Made by a program: the position numbers and the translations under genes. Below the pieces are notes generated by a model. That model saw nothing but the letters and a program-made list of their open reading frames with translations. It did not search any database and had not been told where the DNA came from. A stretch of DNA of 64,000 bases from Heterodontus francisci (lineage: Eukaryota): contig NC_090416.1 of NCBI RefSeq assembly GCF_036365525.1, positions 16,526,945 to 16,590,944 on the forward strand. Reading direction: 5' to 3'. Numbering within the stretch: the stretch's first letter is position 1; every line of letters begins with the position of its first letter. This document shows positions 24,245 through 37,900 of this stretch, in pieces.

Positions 24245-24529
24245 ATATCGTACCTGCTGTATTCAATAGCTGTCCAGCTCTTTAAAGCCCAAAGTGGCCG
24301 TAACTGTTCCTATCTGTGCAGAGAGCCCTTGGCAGTAATATAATATAATGAAAATAGCCTGGCTGAAACTCCCCGGGTCTGGATATCTCAGTACAGATCG
24401 GGGAAGGGGTGGTCGGAGTGCTGGAATCTGGGCCTTCCCAGCAAGTGTCCTGTAAGGGAACTGAATGACCTCAACGAAGGAACGAGTTCACAGAGGGAGA
24501 TGAGGCTGATGTGATTGCAGTGTGTGCGA
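24245..24529 (+). pseudogene. Decayed V-like exon (unit 2)
   Basis: Copy of 8630-8914; reads GAT GAG GCT GAT (DEAD) before the Cys-like codon. Confidence 0.5.
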
Positions 24530-27500
24530 ACAAGAGGAGGCCATTCAGCCCTTCGAGACTGCTGTACCATTCCATTAGATCATAGCTGGTCTGTACCTTA
24601 ACCCCATATACCCTGCCTTAGCTCCATAGTCCTTGCTGCCCTTACCCAATAAAAATCTATCAACCACAATCTTTATAACTCCAATTTTTAATGAAGTGCA
24701 TTTCTATAGCGTCTTTCACAACCTCAGGATGTTCCCAAAGTGCTTCGCAGCCAATGAAATACCTTGAAAAGCAATATTGGGAAATGAAGAATGGGATGTA
24801 GAGCAGGAGGAGTTCAGTTCAGTTCTCCTGAGGGGCCCAGTCCAGATAATGGGTTGTTTTGTTGTAAATGTGTGACGTGTCCAAGAATGTAACCGTTTAA
24901 CGGTGTTTCTGAGATTTCCGTCCTGTTTCTGTGTGTTTCAGAGCAGGGGAACTGGGCCCAGATGCTGCTGCTCTCTGCTGCTTATCAGACAGTGAACAGG
25001 GAGGTTTCGGTTCCTCCCCGAGGCTCCTCTCCCACCCCCTGCAGCGAGTGACCACACCACCTGCACCACATCACAAACAAGACAAAAACAGCATCGATTT
25101 GGGTATCAGGATCTAAAATAAGGCTTTCAGAACACCGCCCAGGTCCCCTGTGGTTGATGACGAGGGCCTGATCTGAGCTGCATTCAGTGCCATTCTCAGA
25201 CCCAGTCTGGAACCTGGCTGTTCGGCCATGTGAATCATCAACATTGTAGATTTAACTGGACTGATAAACGTTTGATGGCCTTTAAGATACTCCTTAAAAC
25301 CTACCTCTTTGACCGAGCTTTTGGTCACCTGCTCTAATATCTCCGAATGTGGCTCAGCATTAAACTTTGTTTGCTGACGCCCCTTGCGACGTTTTATTAC
25401 ATTAAAGGCGCCATATAAATGCAGATTGGTGGTTGTTTGCAGATGACAATTCGTTGAAGACCTTAATAACTAACCGACTGCAGGCCATGAAGTACATCAA
25501 CTAAAGCCACAATTAAAACTCAAGGCTTCTGATGTAAGTACAATACTGAAGGAATACCGCACTGCCGGAGGGGCTATCTGTCACTTGGAATCTGCCCTCT
25601 GTTAAAGATACTGCAACCCCCATTTATAAAAGAGTTGGGGAGTTCTCCCCCACCCCCGTGTCTTGGCTGATATTTATCCTTCAATCAATATCACAAAAAA
25701 AGATCACCTGGGTCATTATCTCATTGTTATGTGTGTGGGATCATGCTGTGCACAAATTGTCTGCTGTGTTTCCTACATTGCAACAGTTGACTAGACTTCA
25801 AAAAAAATACTTGGTTGGCTGTAAAGCGCTGTGGGACATTCTGAAGCTGTGAAAGGAGGCTCACTGTCACCTTCTCAGGGGGACAAATAGTGATGGACAA
25901 TAAATGGCTGGTCTTACCAGAGATGCCCACATCTCGAGAATGAAGAAGTGCAGGTTCTGTCTCTCTGGACGCTGTGATGTCCCCTTGTAAAACATACTGA
26001 AACTAAATAGTTCTAAAAACATCTGCATAAATACAGCATCCTCAGACTCGAGATGAGGATTAAACCTACATTTAATACCTCTTTAAGTGCGTGGCCCCTT
26101 TAAGGTGTGCTGAGGGACTGGGCTTTTCCAGCACTCTCTGTTCATTTACTCTTTGAGGTGATGCAACCGATACTCTCTCCACAGCCGGGGGCTCAGTTAA
26201 CAGCCCTTCCCTCTTATGGCCCCTAGTTCTGCTCTCACCCGCAAGTGGAAACGTCTCGCCTTATCGAGTCCTTTCATAACCTTAAAGGGCTCCATCAGGT
26301 CCTACCCTCCCCCCCTCTCAGTCTTCTCTTTTCAACCTATCCTGGTAGCCTATCTCAGTACTGGTACCATCCCAGCACATCTTTTCTTGCACCTTCTCCA
26401 GTGTCATTTTATAATATGGAGACGGGAACAGTGCACAGTAATTCCAAGTGTGGTCTAACTGAGGTTCCCTACAAGTTTGACTTAATGTATCTGCTTCTCA
26501 ATTCTATCCCTCGAGAAATTAACCCCGGTGTTTGGATTGCTTTTTATATGGCCTTATTCAGCAGCATTGCTGCAGTTACTCTATAACCCTCGATCCACAA
26601 CCCTATTTAGACTCTTTCTTCCCCACCTCCCCCTCCCTCCAGGACTAGGTGACCTCATTCATCCTCCCAAAAAGTAGCACCTCACACTTATCCAGACTGA
26701 CCTTCATTTGCCAATTACACACCCATTCTGCATGTCCTGTCATTTGTGATGGACCTAATATTAACTGCAGCCTCCCCCAATTTGGAGTCATCAGCAAACT
26801 GATCCCGTGCCATCCTATCTCTCGGACCGGGATAGTGAGCAGTTCTCCCTGGGAGGGACGGTATTTTATTCCAAACAGAGGCTTTTCCTGTAAATCACAT
26901 ACAATGATGGTCTAGTATGGGAGAAACTACACTTTAGGATGGGAGGGTTGTTGAGAGGGTGCAGAGGAGGTTTACTGGAATGGTTCCAGGGATGGGGGAA
27001 TTCTAGTTATAAGGTCAGCCTGGAGAAGCTGGGATTGTTTTCCTTGGAGCGAAGGAGATTGCAGGGAGATTTAATAGAGGTGGACAAGATTATGACAGAT
27101 CTGGATAGAGTAGACAAGGAAAAACAGTTCCCATTAACTGATGGTACAAGGGCTAGGGGACACATATTGAACGTTTTGGGCAAGGGATACAAGGGGGGGG
27201 GGGGATGTGAGGAAGAATTTATTTATTTTTAAATGCAGTGAGTGACAATGACCTGGAACTCACTGCCTACCAGAGTGGTGGAAGCTGGAGACAATGATTT
27301 CAGTAACAAACTGGGGTGGGGGGGGGGGACACTTGAAGGAAATAAATTCGCAGGGGGCCACGGGGGTGCGGAGAGTGGGACTGACTGGATTGCACTACGG
27401 GGAGCTGGCACGGACCCGAGGGGCCGAATAGCCTCCTTCTGTGCCAGAAATGAAATCGAATTCGTTTAAAATAGTTAACTCTGCTTGAATATTTTTTTTT

Positions 27501-27635
27501 AAATCTGCCCAAAAGAAAATTCCTCTAATCGCCATTATTCGTACAGTTAACCACTGACTTGCACCAATATCCACCTCAACTCACCCCCACCCCCTCCCCA
27601 CAAAAAATAACAGAGCAATTTGAATTCATGTCATC

Positions 27636-27641
27636 TTTATT
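27636..27641 (-). terminator. Probable poly(A) signal, cluster 2
   Basis: AATAAA at the equivalent position. Confidence 0.65.
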
Positions 27642-27970
27642 AAAACAGCCACACACAGAGAGATACATTTTTCAATTCTAACAAATGGTACTACTGAGAG
27701 AAAGGAGAGAGGGAGCAGAACCCATCCAGCTCCAAATGGGAATGTACTCCCGGGATAGGTGGTCCTGATATTCACTGTCACCCACCTGCGCCCCCCAGTT
27801 AAAATTGGATCCAAAATTGGATCGTTAAACTGCGATTGAAGTGACTGTTTCAACATCGTTGGCCACATTTGCTACAGTGATTACATTGTAAAACAACAAC
27901 AACAACATTCCACATATTGAATAATATTTCATCAGCAATAAATCAAACTCTAAACCCCAGTTGCTCCCTC

Positions 27971-28299
27971 TCAGTCGGAACAAGCGGTGGAGCTGATGGT
28001 TTTGAGGAGAGGTGAGCTCAGAGAGCCGTGGTCCACACTGCAGGTATAGCTGGAGCCCTTATTCCAGGCAGTGGCGGGGACTCTCAGGTAACTGCTCAGG
28101 CTGTAGGTTTGATCACTGTCCGTGGACACAGTGCCTGTGGTCACCCCGCTGTCTGTCTCTTTATCATCCACTCTCCAGAGAACCCGCACGAAACCCGGCT
28201 TAAAGCGGCTCACCAGGCAGGACAGAGTAGCCCATCCCGAGTCTATTTCTTCTGAGGAAGGAGGGAGCAGGAGAACTGATGGTTTCCGATCCTCACTAC
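27971..28299 (-). CDS. IgL cluster 2 C exon
   Basis: 329 nt; protein identical to cluster 1, silent differences only. Confidence 0.97.
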
Positions 28300-29634
28300 C
28301 TGTGTGTGAGAGACAGGGTGGAAGAAAGGAATCTCACTGTTAGTATCAATCATTTTTTCTAAAAGGCACATCCAGAATTAGTAACACATACTATAATTTA
28401 AAACAAACATTTAACTTGACTTCAGACTTAGGTAGAGACAGTAAATAATACAATAGCCTGAGTGTTTCCAGCACTCGATTTCAGATTTCCAGCATCTGCA
28501 GGATTTTGCTTTGATTGGATTAAAATTAAATATTTAGTCCAATCTTAACTCCCTGTCAATTGAGAGCTGGACTTGTACATGGATTCGAGACATTCAATAT
28601 AAATTAATTAACTGAATATTAAATACAACAGACAATATCGAATTGTTTAAAATTCAGGGGCAGATTAAAATCAAAAGTTTAAAAATTGAGGAAGTTTCAC
28701 ATTTCGGATAGGCTGTACTGGAGGTCTTATGGAGGTGCTCGGAGTATGTATTGGGAGTAACTCAACCTCCCAGATCCACACTCAGAGTTCGGTGATCACC
28801 TCACCAGGAAAAATTCTTTATTTATAAAAAAAAGTTTTAAAAGTAATAAAGTTCGGGGCGGTTTCCATTTAGAAAGTAGGTTAGACACTTCACATGAACG
28901 AACGACAGCCGGAAGGAGGGGGCTGGGAAGGGAGACGGGGACTGGGGGTTCGAGAGACCGGGTGCGTTAGGAACAGACAAGATGGGGTGGGGGGGGCGCA
29001 GAATGAGGCCATTCGGTCCATCGAGTCCCTGCCGCTGCCTAACCCCACTTCCCAACTTTGGGAGTCTTTTTTTGAGGTGGGGGAGGGGGTGCTAGTGTCA
29101 AACTCGACCCCCTTTGAGTGTGAGTAAAATTCCTGTTTGTAAATCTTCCAGCAACACCCGGGGCAGGCTCGCTATTTATACAACAGTGCAGCGAATAGAC
29201 GGAGAAGTCCACACCTGCACACTGCAGGCCTGGCCGAACAGACTCGAGGGGCTGAATGGCCTTTCTCCCCTGTTCATTCTGCATTTTTTTTTGCCAATGG
29301 AGTTTTTCCTCGGTTCTGAGGAAAGGTCAGAGACCCGAAACTGTTCACCGTTTCTCCCTCTCTCTCCGCAGAGGCTGCCCAGACCTGCTGAGTATTTCCA
29401 GCATCTTCTGTTTTTTTTATTTCAGATTTCCAGCATCCGCAATTGTTTTGCTGCTATTTTAGTGTTTATTTTTCTACCCTCCAGAATCCAAATTCCCAGC
29501 ACTGAATCAGTGGACAGAAAAATAAAAATCTGACCCAATTTTTTTTCACCGTTATCAGGGCAGATCCGATTCTGCAACAATAAATGAATAAATAATTGAA
29601 ACAATATGAATGATAGGATGAGGGAATTACTTAC

Positions 29635-29671
29635 TCCGTAAACTCAGGGCGGTCCCAGGTCCGAAGGTAAA
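29635..29671 (-). CDS. IgL cluster 2 J segment
   Basis: Identical to cluster 1 J. Confidence 0.96.
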
Positions 29672-29710
29672 CACAGTGCAGTGTTTTAATGGGACGGGTC
29701 ACTTAAAACC
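29672..29710 (+). other. J RSS, 23-bp spacer (cluster 2)
   Basis: CACAGTG + 23 + CTTAAAACC. Confidence 0.88.
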
Positions 29711-30025
29711 CAGGCTGGGAAGAAAGAGGGGAAAATATTAATAATCTGTCCTTTATCACATTCCCTTTCACATTCTGCCTTTCACAGGGGCCGGAATGCT
29801 GAGAGGCTGGAGAAAGATTTTCACAGATCAGTGAGGAAACCTTGAGAATATCAGTGTTTACCTACCCAGCTAATAGTCCAAATATTGGGGAAAATCCAAA
29901 TAAACCCATGGAAACCCAGTGAGATTTTCCACAAGTTACATAAGGAATATTTCTGAAGCTCATTACACAATCTCAGGCAGGAATATTTCAGTAGCTGTTG
30001 GAATTCTGAGTGGTTCTGTTGATAC

Positions 30026-30053
30026 AGTTTTTGTATTGCCCTTTCTCACTGTG
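30026..30053 (-). other. V RSS, 12-bp spacer (cluster 2)
   Basis: CACAGTG AGAAAGGGCAAT ACAAAAACT. Confidence 0.96.
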
Positions 30054-30381
30054 TATGTAGCTGCTGAGTATTCCGCGGCAGCACAGTAATAGACGGCGGA
30101 GTCTCCCGGTTCCAAGCTGCCGATGGTCAGAATGTGACTGTTACTGGAGGTGTCTCTGGAAGGTTTAAAACGGTCCGTGAAGCCGGTGCCTCGATAGATG
30201 CTACCACTTGTAGAGTGGGCTAACACCCACACCGGAGCCTCCCCGGGTCTCTGTCGATACCAGCTCATGTAGTAACTGCCCACGTTGCCGTTCTGCATCG
30301 CACACTTTAACTCGGAGGTCTCACCGGCGGAGACTGGGTCTGAAATTGGGGTCTGATTGAGGACAGGAACCGCCAGGACAC
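30054..30381 (-). CDS. IgL cluster 2 V exon
   Basis: Open V domain; CDR2 region AHSTSGSIY; ends CAAAEYSAAT. Confidence 0.97.
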
Positions 30382-30543
30382 CTTCAACACAAAACACAAG
30401 AGAGAGAAAAACACATTCAGTTTATTGGGGCAAAAAAGCACACTGATAAATAAACAGGCCGGGCTACCAAATCCCTTTGCTTCCTAATCTAATGGTTTAC
30501 AAATGAATAATTGAGTAACGTTCTGTTAACATAAGTGTCTCAC

Positions 30544-30592
30544 CTGTTAAATGGAGTAGCAGGGTCCCCAGGAGATACATTACTGCAGCCAT
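30544..30592 (-). CDS. IgL cluster 2 leader exon
   Basis: Same 49-nt leader, GT donor. Confidence 0.93.
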
Positions 30593-30641
30593 TCCCTCCG
30601 GGGGGGAAAAACCCCCGTGAAGAATTAGTGAGCAGGGTTTT

Positions 30642-30860
30642 ACTGTAACTCCAGAAAGTGGATCCAGTTACAGTGCCGGACAAGGTGAGACCAGTATCTA
30701 TTATATGAACCTGTATGCAAATACAGGGAGGGTTGAGAGGAGCAGGGGCGGCGGGGGGGGGGGGGGGGGGGTGGGGGGGGGGGGTGGGTGGGAGTGGACC
30801 AGACCAGATTTTTTTTATTGAGCCTCTATTGGTCCCCAATTAAACATTTCCATGTATTTA
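30642..30860 (-). promoter_or_regulatory. IgL cluster 2 V promoter (octamer 30715-30722)
   Basis: Same sequence as the cluster 1 promoter. Confidence 0.85.
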
Positions 30861-31713
30861 TTTCCACCGAGTTGAGGGTTAATTCACAATAATTTCTGAT
30901 TTTAACCCCCCCTTCTCATGTCAAGAGTGTGAGATTTAAAAGAACAACTGTAGAAATTGCACATTTTATCCCAGATGGACAAAAACAAAAGCCCTTCAGA
31001 ATCCAGTGCCTTAAATTCATCCAGAACAAGTTTAACCCTGCGATCGTTAAGGATTTGTTTTTTTTTATATTTGGGTCTGCAATGTGTACTTAAACACATA
31101 TCTTTATATCCAACACGCTGGTGTTTGCAACAAAGCAGTTCATTGGAAGGATTGGAATGGAAGAGATTGACTGGACTGCTTCTCTGAGCTGCTCTTTTTT
31201 CCGATCCGCCACTGTACAAGTGCACTGCTTGTCCTGGCGTTTGAGCCGAGTGTAGGGTCAAAACACTCGTTTCTCACTCAGGCCGACGTTCAGAAACAGC
31301 CAGAATCAACTCCAATATCCGTTTTAATTGGTAATGCAACGAGGAGTGAGATTCTGACCGGGCAAGCTGACTGCTCGGATAGTTTCTGTGTTGTGTCCGG
31401 ATCCTGTGTTAAGTCCAGTTTCAATGAAATGTGTTTTCCTGCTGCAACAGTTCCTGCCCTGACTTTTTTTTGTTGCAACTAAACCACATGTATCGGAACC
31501 TCAGTCCCAGGAATACATTTGTTTTAACATTCCATTTCAGATGTTTTATGTCAATCACTCGATGCCAAGGGAAAACTTGCAACAAGTAGCTGGTGAGAGG
31601 AGTTAGTTTCTTTAAAATGAATATTTTCTATCTTTATTTAAAATTCACTTAATTGGATATGGACATCACTTGGCCCTGCCCGCATTTACTGCCCATCCCT
31701 TATTCCCGTTGAG

Positions 31714-32065
31714 GGCGGCACAGTGGCGCAGTGGTTAGCACTCCAGCCTCACAGCTCCAGGGACCCGGGTTCGATTCCGGGTACTGCCTGTGAGGAGTTT
31801 GCAAGTTCTCCCTGTGTCTGCGTGGATTTTCTCCGGGTGCTCCGGTTTCCTCCCACAAGCCAAAAGACTTGCAGGTTGATAGGTAAATTGGCCATTATAA
31901 ATTGTCACTAATATAGGTAGGTGGTAGGGTAATATAGGGACAGGTGGGGATGTTTGGTGGGAATATGGGATTAGTGTAGGATTAGTATAAATGGGTGGTT
32001 GAGGTTCGGCACAGACTCGGTGGGCCGAAGGGACTGTTTCATTGCTGTATCTCTAATCTAATCGA
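31714..32065 (+). mobile_element. tRNA-derived V-SINE (HE1-like), full length
   Basis: A box TGGCGCAGTGG, B box GGTTCGATTCC, V-domain-like core GGTGCTCCGGTTTCCTCCCAC, LINE-like tail ..GGGCCGAAGGG..CTCTAATCTAA; empty site at 16096/16097. Confidence 0.88.
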
Positions 32066-33069
32066 AAGGTGGTGGTGGAGCCGCCTTCTTGAACTGCGAC
32101 AGTGCAGTGGTTTTTGTACAACAGAACTGAGGGCAGTTAAGTGTCAACCACATTGCCGTGTGTCTGGAGTCACTAGTCGGCCAGACCAGGTGAGGAAGGC
32201 AGATTTCCTTCCCTAAAAGGACATTTGTCAACCAGATGGTTTTTTGTTAATGAACATTCAATTTATGGTCACCATTACTGAGACTAGGTTTCAATTCCAA
32301 TTTTTCTTTTAATTAATTAGTTGAATTTAAATTCCATGGTGGGATTTGAACTCGTGTCTCCAGAGCATTATCCTGGGCCTCTGGATTAGTAATATCTAGT
32401 GACATTACTACTACTCCACCTTGTGATGGATCAATATTAATTCTAGAAATGTGATAGGATTTGAGCCAGTGAAAGGGGGAAGGTGGGAAGAAGAACAGCA
32501 GGGAAGGTCTGTGACACGGGTGGAGGGCAGGAGAGATTAAATGACAGAAAGGGTGTCAAGGTGCAAAGCCAAAGGGAGTGGTAATGAAAGATGTGTCTGG
32601 AGGAGGTGTGAATGGCAGGATCAGAACACAAGGTAAAGGAAATAAGAGGTCAACAAGAGAGATAAACTAACAAATCAGCAAAGAAAAGGCCAACAAAAAT
32701 GAGGGCGGGGGGGGGGGGGGGGGGTTACAAACTAAAATTGTTGAATTCAGTGTTGAGTCTGGAAGGTTGTAGAGTGCCCAGTCGAAAGATGAGGTGCTGT
32801 TCCTGCAGTTAGCCTCCGATTACTGACGTGTTCAGTCAAGTCAGTGTCGACTAGCTGCCCCCTAGACAGAGAATTTGACCCCTCCACCACTAAAAATCCA
32901 TTTCTGATTGGTCTCCACAGCAGAAACAGACCCATCTCCCTCCCCTCCCACCAGCAGATTCTCTGGGTCATTTTCAACTAACCCTAACCTGCATTACTAT
33001 AGAGACCTCAGGATGTCCTAAAGACAGAAAAATAAACACATGTTTTGAAGTCTGGTCATTGTAACATCG

Positions 33070-33232
33070 TAACCCAATGCACAATGGAAATAAATATTTG
33101 GAAATGATTAATTAGGGACAAATATATTTTTAATAAAGTGTTTTCCCCTGCTCCCCTTGACCCCCTCCCTGTATTTGCATATTGACTAATATATAGATAC
33201 TAGTCTTCTCCGGGTTCCCGGAGTTACAGTAA
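33070..33232 (+). promoter_or_regulatory. Inverted paralogue of IgL V promoter (octamer 33173-33180)
   Basis: Same blocks as 570-732. Confidence 0.88.
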
Positions 33233-34590
33233 TCTTGTTGAAGTGAAAGCACAATTGCTAAATGTGTGAGAAGCTGAACTCAGCTTTGCCCATGTAGTTG
33301 AATGGAGAGTGCACACATGTAGTTAAATGGAGTCATCCACGTATGTAGTTAAATGGAGTCATCCACGTATGTAGTTAAATGGAGTGGGCCAGTGTGCAGT
33401 AAAATGGGGTTGTGCACATGTCTAATGGAAAGCAGTTCAGCACCTCTAGGTTCATAGAATCTCTCACTTTGCACAGCAGATGTCACATGGCTGCAGCTTT
33501 GCCCAGGGAGCCTACCCGGTTCACACAGGATAGGCCAGGTGTTAAAGCAAGAGCATTTGGTGTTGCCTATTGAAGCTTGCACAATGGTTAAAGGAAAATA
33601 CAATTAAAGTTCACAAGATGGGAATCTTGTAAAGTGTCAGCCATGGCCTCGTGGGTTCAAGTCCCAATCCAGAGACTTGAGCACAAAAAACAGTCTCACA
33701 TTCGCCGTGTAGTACTGAGGGTGTGCTGCACTCTCGGAGGGTCAATACTGAGGGAGTGCGGCACCGTCGGAGGGTCAGTATTGAGGGAGTGCTGCACTGT
33801 TGGAGGTTCAGTACTGAGGGAGTGCTGCACTGTCAGAGGGTCAGTACTGAGGGAGCGCTGCACTGTCGGTGGATCAGTACTGAGTGAGTGCCGCACTCAG
33901 AGGGTCAGTACTGAGGGAGTGCTGCATTGTCAGAGGGTCAGTACTGAGGGAGTGCTGAACTGTCGGAGGGTCAGTCCTGAGGGAGTGCTGCACTGTCGGA
34001 GGGTCAGTACTGAGGGAGTGCTGCACTGTTGGAGGTTCAGTACTGAGGGAGTGCTGCAGTGTCAGAGGGTCAGCACTGAGGGAGTGCTGCACTGTCTGAG
34101 GTGCCATATTCACAAGTCCCCCTCAGGTGGACATTATCGATCCCATGACTCTATTTGAAGGAGAGCAGGTGTCCTGGACAATATATATTCCAACATTAAC
34201 ACCTAAAGCTGTAACTGGTCATTATCACATTGCTATTTGTGGGAGCTTGCTGTGTAAATGACTGACAGATTTCCTGCATTTCAACAGTGACTACACTTCA
34301 AAACACACTTCAAAAGTACGTCATAAGATGTAAACCACTTTGGGGCAGCCTAGTGATCAGACCTCTCTGTCTCTCCATCTGTCTATCTGTCCATNNNNNN
34401 NNNNNNNNNNNNNNNNNNNNNNNNNNNNNNNNNNNNNNNNNNNNNNNNNNNNNNNNNNNNNNNNNNNNNNNNNNNNNNNNNNNNNNNNNNNNNNNNNNNN
34501 NNNNNNNNNNNNNNNNNNNNNNNNNNNNNNNNNNNNNNNNNNNNNNNNNNNNNNATATCGATCTATCTGTCTATCTATCTTTCTATCTGA

Positions 34591-34636
<46 letters not shown>

Positions 34637-34854
34637 GTCTGTTTATCTATCGANNNNNNNNNNNNNNNNNNNNNNNNNNNNNNNNNNNNNNNNNNNNNNN
34701 NNNNNNNNNNNNNNNNNNNNNNNNNNNNNNNNNNNNNNNNNNNNNNNNNNNNNNNNNNNNNNNNNNNNNNNNNNNNNNNNNNNNNNNNNNNNNNNNNNNN
34801 NNNNNGCGATCTGTCTATCTATCTGTCCATCTATCGATCTATCTATCTGACTGA

Positions 34855-34900
<46 letters not shown>

Positions 34901-34920
34901 GTCTATCTATCTATCTGTCT

Positions 34921-37900
34921 CGGAGGGCGGAGTTCCAGACCGGGAAGTCTAAAAAACTGACTTCGGGGATTCTCGGACAGCCTCGGAGGACGGAATTAAC
35001 CTCGGGGATTCTCGGACAGACTCGGAGGGCGGAGTGAACCTCGGGGATTCTCGGACAGACTCGGAGGGCGGAGTTAACCTCGGGGATTCTCGGACAGACT
35101 CGGAGGGCGGTGTTCACCTCGGGGATTCTCGGACAGACTCGGAGGGCGGTGTTCACCTCGATGGGTCGAAGGGCCTGTTTCAGTGCTGTATCTCTAAATA
35201 AAAAATAAAAATAAATAAAATAATATTTATAGTCGAAATCTAGCACTGGGGACCATATAGTTAATTATAACAATTTAGTAAGGATTTAATAAGTATTTAT
35301 TTTATATTAATTAACTAATTAGTGATAGAAATGTCAGTTAAAGGGGTGAAGTGCTTCACCTGTGAGATGTGGGAAGTCCGTGACACTTCCAGCGTTCCGG
35401 GCGACTCCGCCTGCAGGAAGTTTACCCAGTTGCAGCTCCTCACAGACCGCATGGATCGGTTGGAGCGGCAACTGGATGCACTTAGGAGCATGCAGGTGGC
35501 AGAAAGCGTCAAAGACAGGAGTTTTAGAGAAGTGGTTACACCCAAGGTGCAGGCAGATAGATGGGTGACCGCTAGAAGGGGCAGGCAGTCAGTGCAGGAA
35601 TCCCCTGTGGCTATACCCCTCTCTAACAAGTATACAGTTTTGGATACTGTTGGGGGGGATGGCCTATCAGGGGAAAACAGCAGCAGCAGCCAGAGCAGTG
35701 GCACCACGGCTGGCACTGTTGTTCAGCAGGGAGGGACAAAGCGCAGAAGAGCAATAGTTATAGGGGACTCTGTAGTCAGGGGCACAGATAGGCGCTTCTG
35801 AGGACGTGAAAGAGACTCCAGGATGGTATGTTGCCTACCTGGTGCCAGGGTCAATGATGTCTCTGAACGGACAGGGGGCATTCTGAAGGGCGAGGGTGAA
35901 CAGCCAGAGGTTGTGGTACACATCGGTACCAATGACAAAGGCAGGAAGAGTGATGAGGTCCTGCAGGGGGAGTTTAGGGAGTTAGGTAGAAAGTTAAAAA
36001 AACAGGATTCTGGGGTTGTAATCTCTGGATTAGTCCCTGTGCCACGTGCCTGAGAGGCTAGAAATAGGAAGATAGTGCAGCTAAACACGTGGCTGAGCAG
36101 CTGGTGTAGAAGGGAGGGTTTCAGATATCTGGACCATTGGGCTCTCTTCAGGGACAGATGGGACCTGTACAAGAAGGACGCGTTGCATCTAAACTGGAGG
36201 GGCACTAATATCCTGGCTGCGAGGTTTGCTAGCGTCACTCGGGAGGGTTTAAACTAGTGTGGCAGGGGGATGGGAACCAGAACAGTGGGACAGCTAGAAA
36301 AATAAATGAGGAGGACAGAGTAAATAAGGCCAGTAAGACTAAGTGGAAGAGCAGGCAGGGAGATGTTGCTGAGCACAGCGGGACTGGTGCTCTGAAGTGC
36401 ATTTCTTTCAATGCGAGTAGTATAACAGGTAAGGCAGATGAACTTAGAGCTTGGATTAGTACTTGGAAATATGATGTTGTTGCTATTACAGAGACTTGGT
36501 TGAGGGAAGGGCAGGATTGGCAGCTAAATGTTCCAGGCTTTAGAAGCTTCAGGCGGGATAGAGGGGCATGTAAAAGGGATGGGGGAGTTGCATAACTGGT
36601 TAAGGAGATTATCACAGCTGTCCTGCGGGAGGACACCTCAGAGGGGTCATGCAGCGAGGCAATATGGGTGGAGCTCAGGAATAGGAAGGGTGCAGTCACG
36701 ATGTTGGGGGTTTACTACAGGCCTCCCAACAGCCAGCGGGAGGTAGAGGAGCAGATCAGTGGACAGATTTTGGAAAGATGTAAAGGTAACAGGGTTGTGG
36801 TGGTGGGTGATTTTAACTTCCCCTATATTGACTGGGACTCACTTAGTGCTAGGGGCTTGGATGGGGCAGAATTTGTGAGGAACATCCAGGAGGGCTTCTT
36901 GAAACAGTATGTAGATAGTCCAACTAGGGATAGGGCCATTCTGGACCTGGTATTGGAGAATCAGCCCGGCCAGGTGGTCGAAGTTTCAGTGGGGGAACAT
37001 TTCGGGAGCAGTGACCATAATTCCATATGTTTTAAGGAACTTGTGGATAAGGATAAGAGTAGTCCTCGGGTGAAGGTGCTAAATTGGGGGAAGGCTAATT
37101 ATAACAATATTAGGCAGGAACTGAAGAATTTAGATTGGGGGGGCGGCTGTTTGAGGGTAAATCAACATCTGACATGTGGGAGTCTTTCAAACGTCAGCTG
37201 ATTAGAATCCAGGACCAGCATGTTCCTGTGAGCAAGAAAGACAAGTTTGGCATGTTTCGGGAAATTTGGATAACACTGGATATTGTGAGCACAGTCAAAA
37301 AGAAAAAGGAAGCATTTGTAAGGGCTGGAAGGTTAGGAACAGACGAAGCACTTGAGGAATATAAAGACAGTGGGAAGGAACTTAAGCAAGGAGTTAGGAG
37401 GGCTAAAAGGGGTCATAAAAGGTCATTGGCAAACAGGATGAAGGAGAATCCCAAGGCTTTTTATACATATACAAAGAGCAAGAGGGTAACCAGGGAAAGG
37501 GTTGGCCCACTCAAGGATAGAGATGGGAATCTATGTGTGGAGCCAGAGGAAATGGGCGAGGTGCTAAATGAGTACTTTGCATCAGTATTCACCAAAGAGA
37601 AGGACTTGGTGGATGATGAGCCTAGGGAAGGGAGTGCAGATAGTCTCAGTCATCTCATTATTAAAAAGGAGGAGGTGTTGGGTGTTTTGCAAAGCATTAA
37701 GGTAGATAAGTCCCCAGGGCCTGATGGGATCTACCCTAGAATACTGAGAGAGGCAAGGGAAGAAATTGATGGGTTCTTGTCAGAAATCTTTGCATCATTT
37801 TTGGCTACAGGTGAGGCCCCAGAGGACTGGAGAATAGCCAATGCTGTTCCTTTGTTTAAGAAGGGTGGCAAGGATAATCCAGGAAATTATAGGCCGGCGA

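Noticed and set aside
28127-28133. Perfect CACAGTG heptamer created by a silent change in cluster 2 C (and at SINE 5' ends)
   Set aside because: No nonamer at 12 or 23 bp.
31714-31785. tRNA gene
   Set aside because: A and B boxes belong to a SINE head followed by SINE body and tail.
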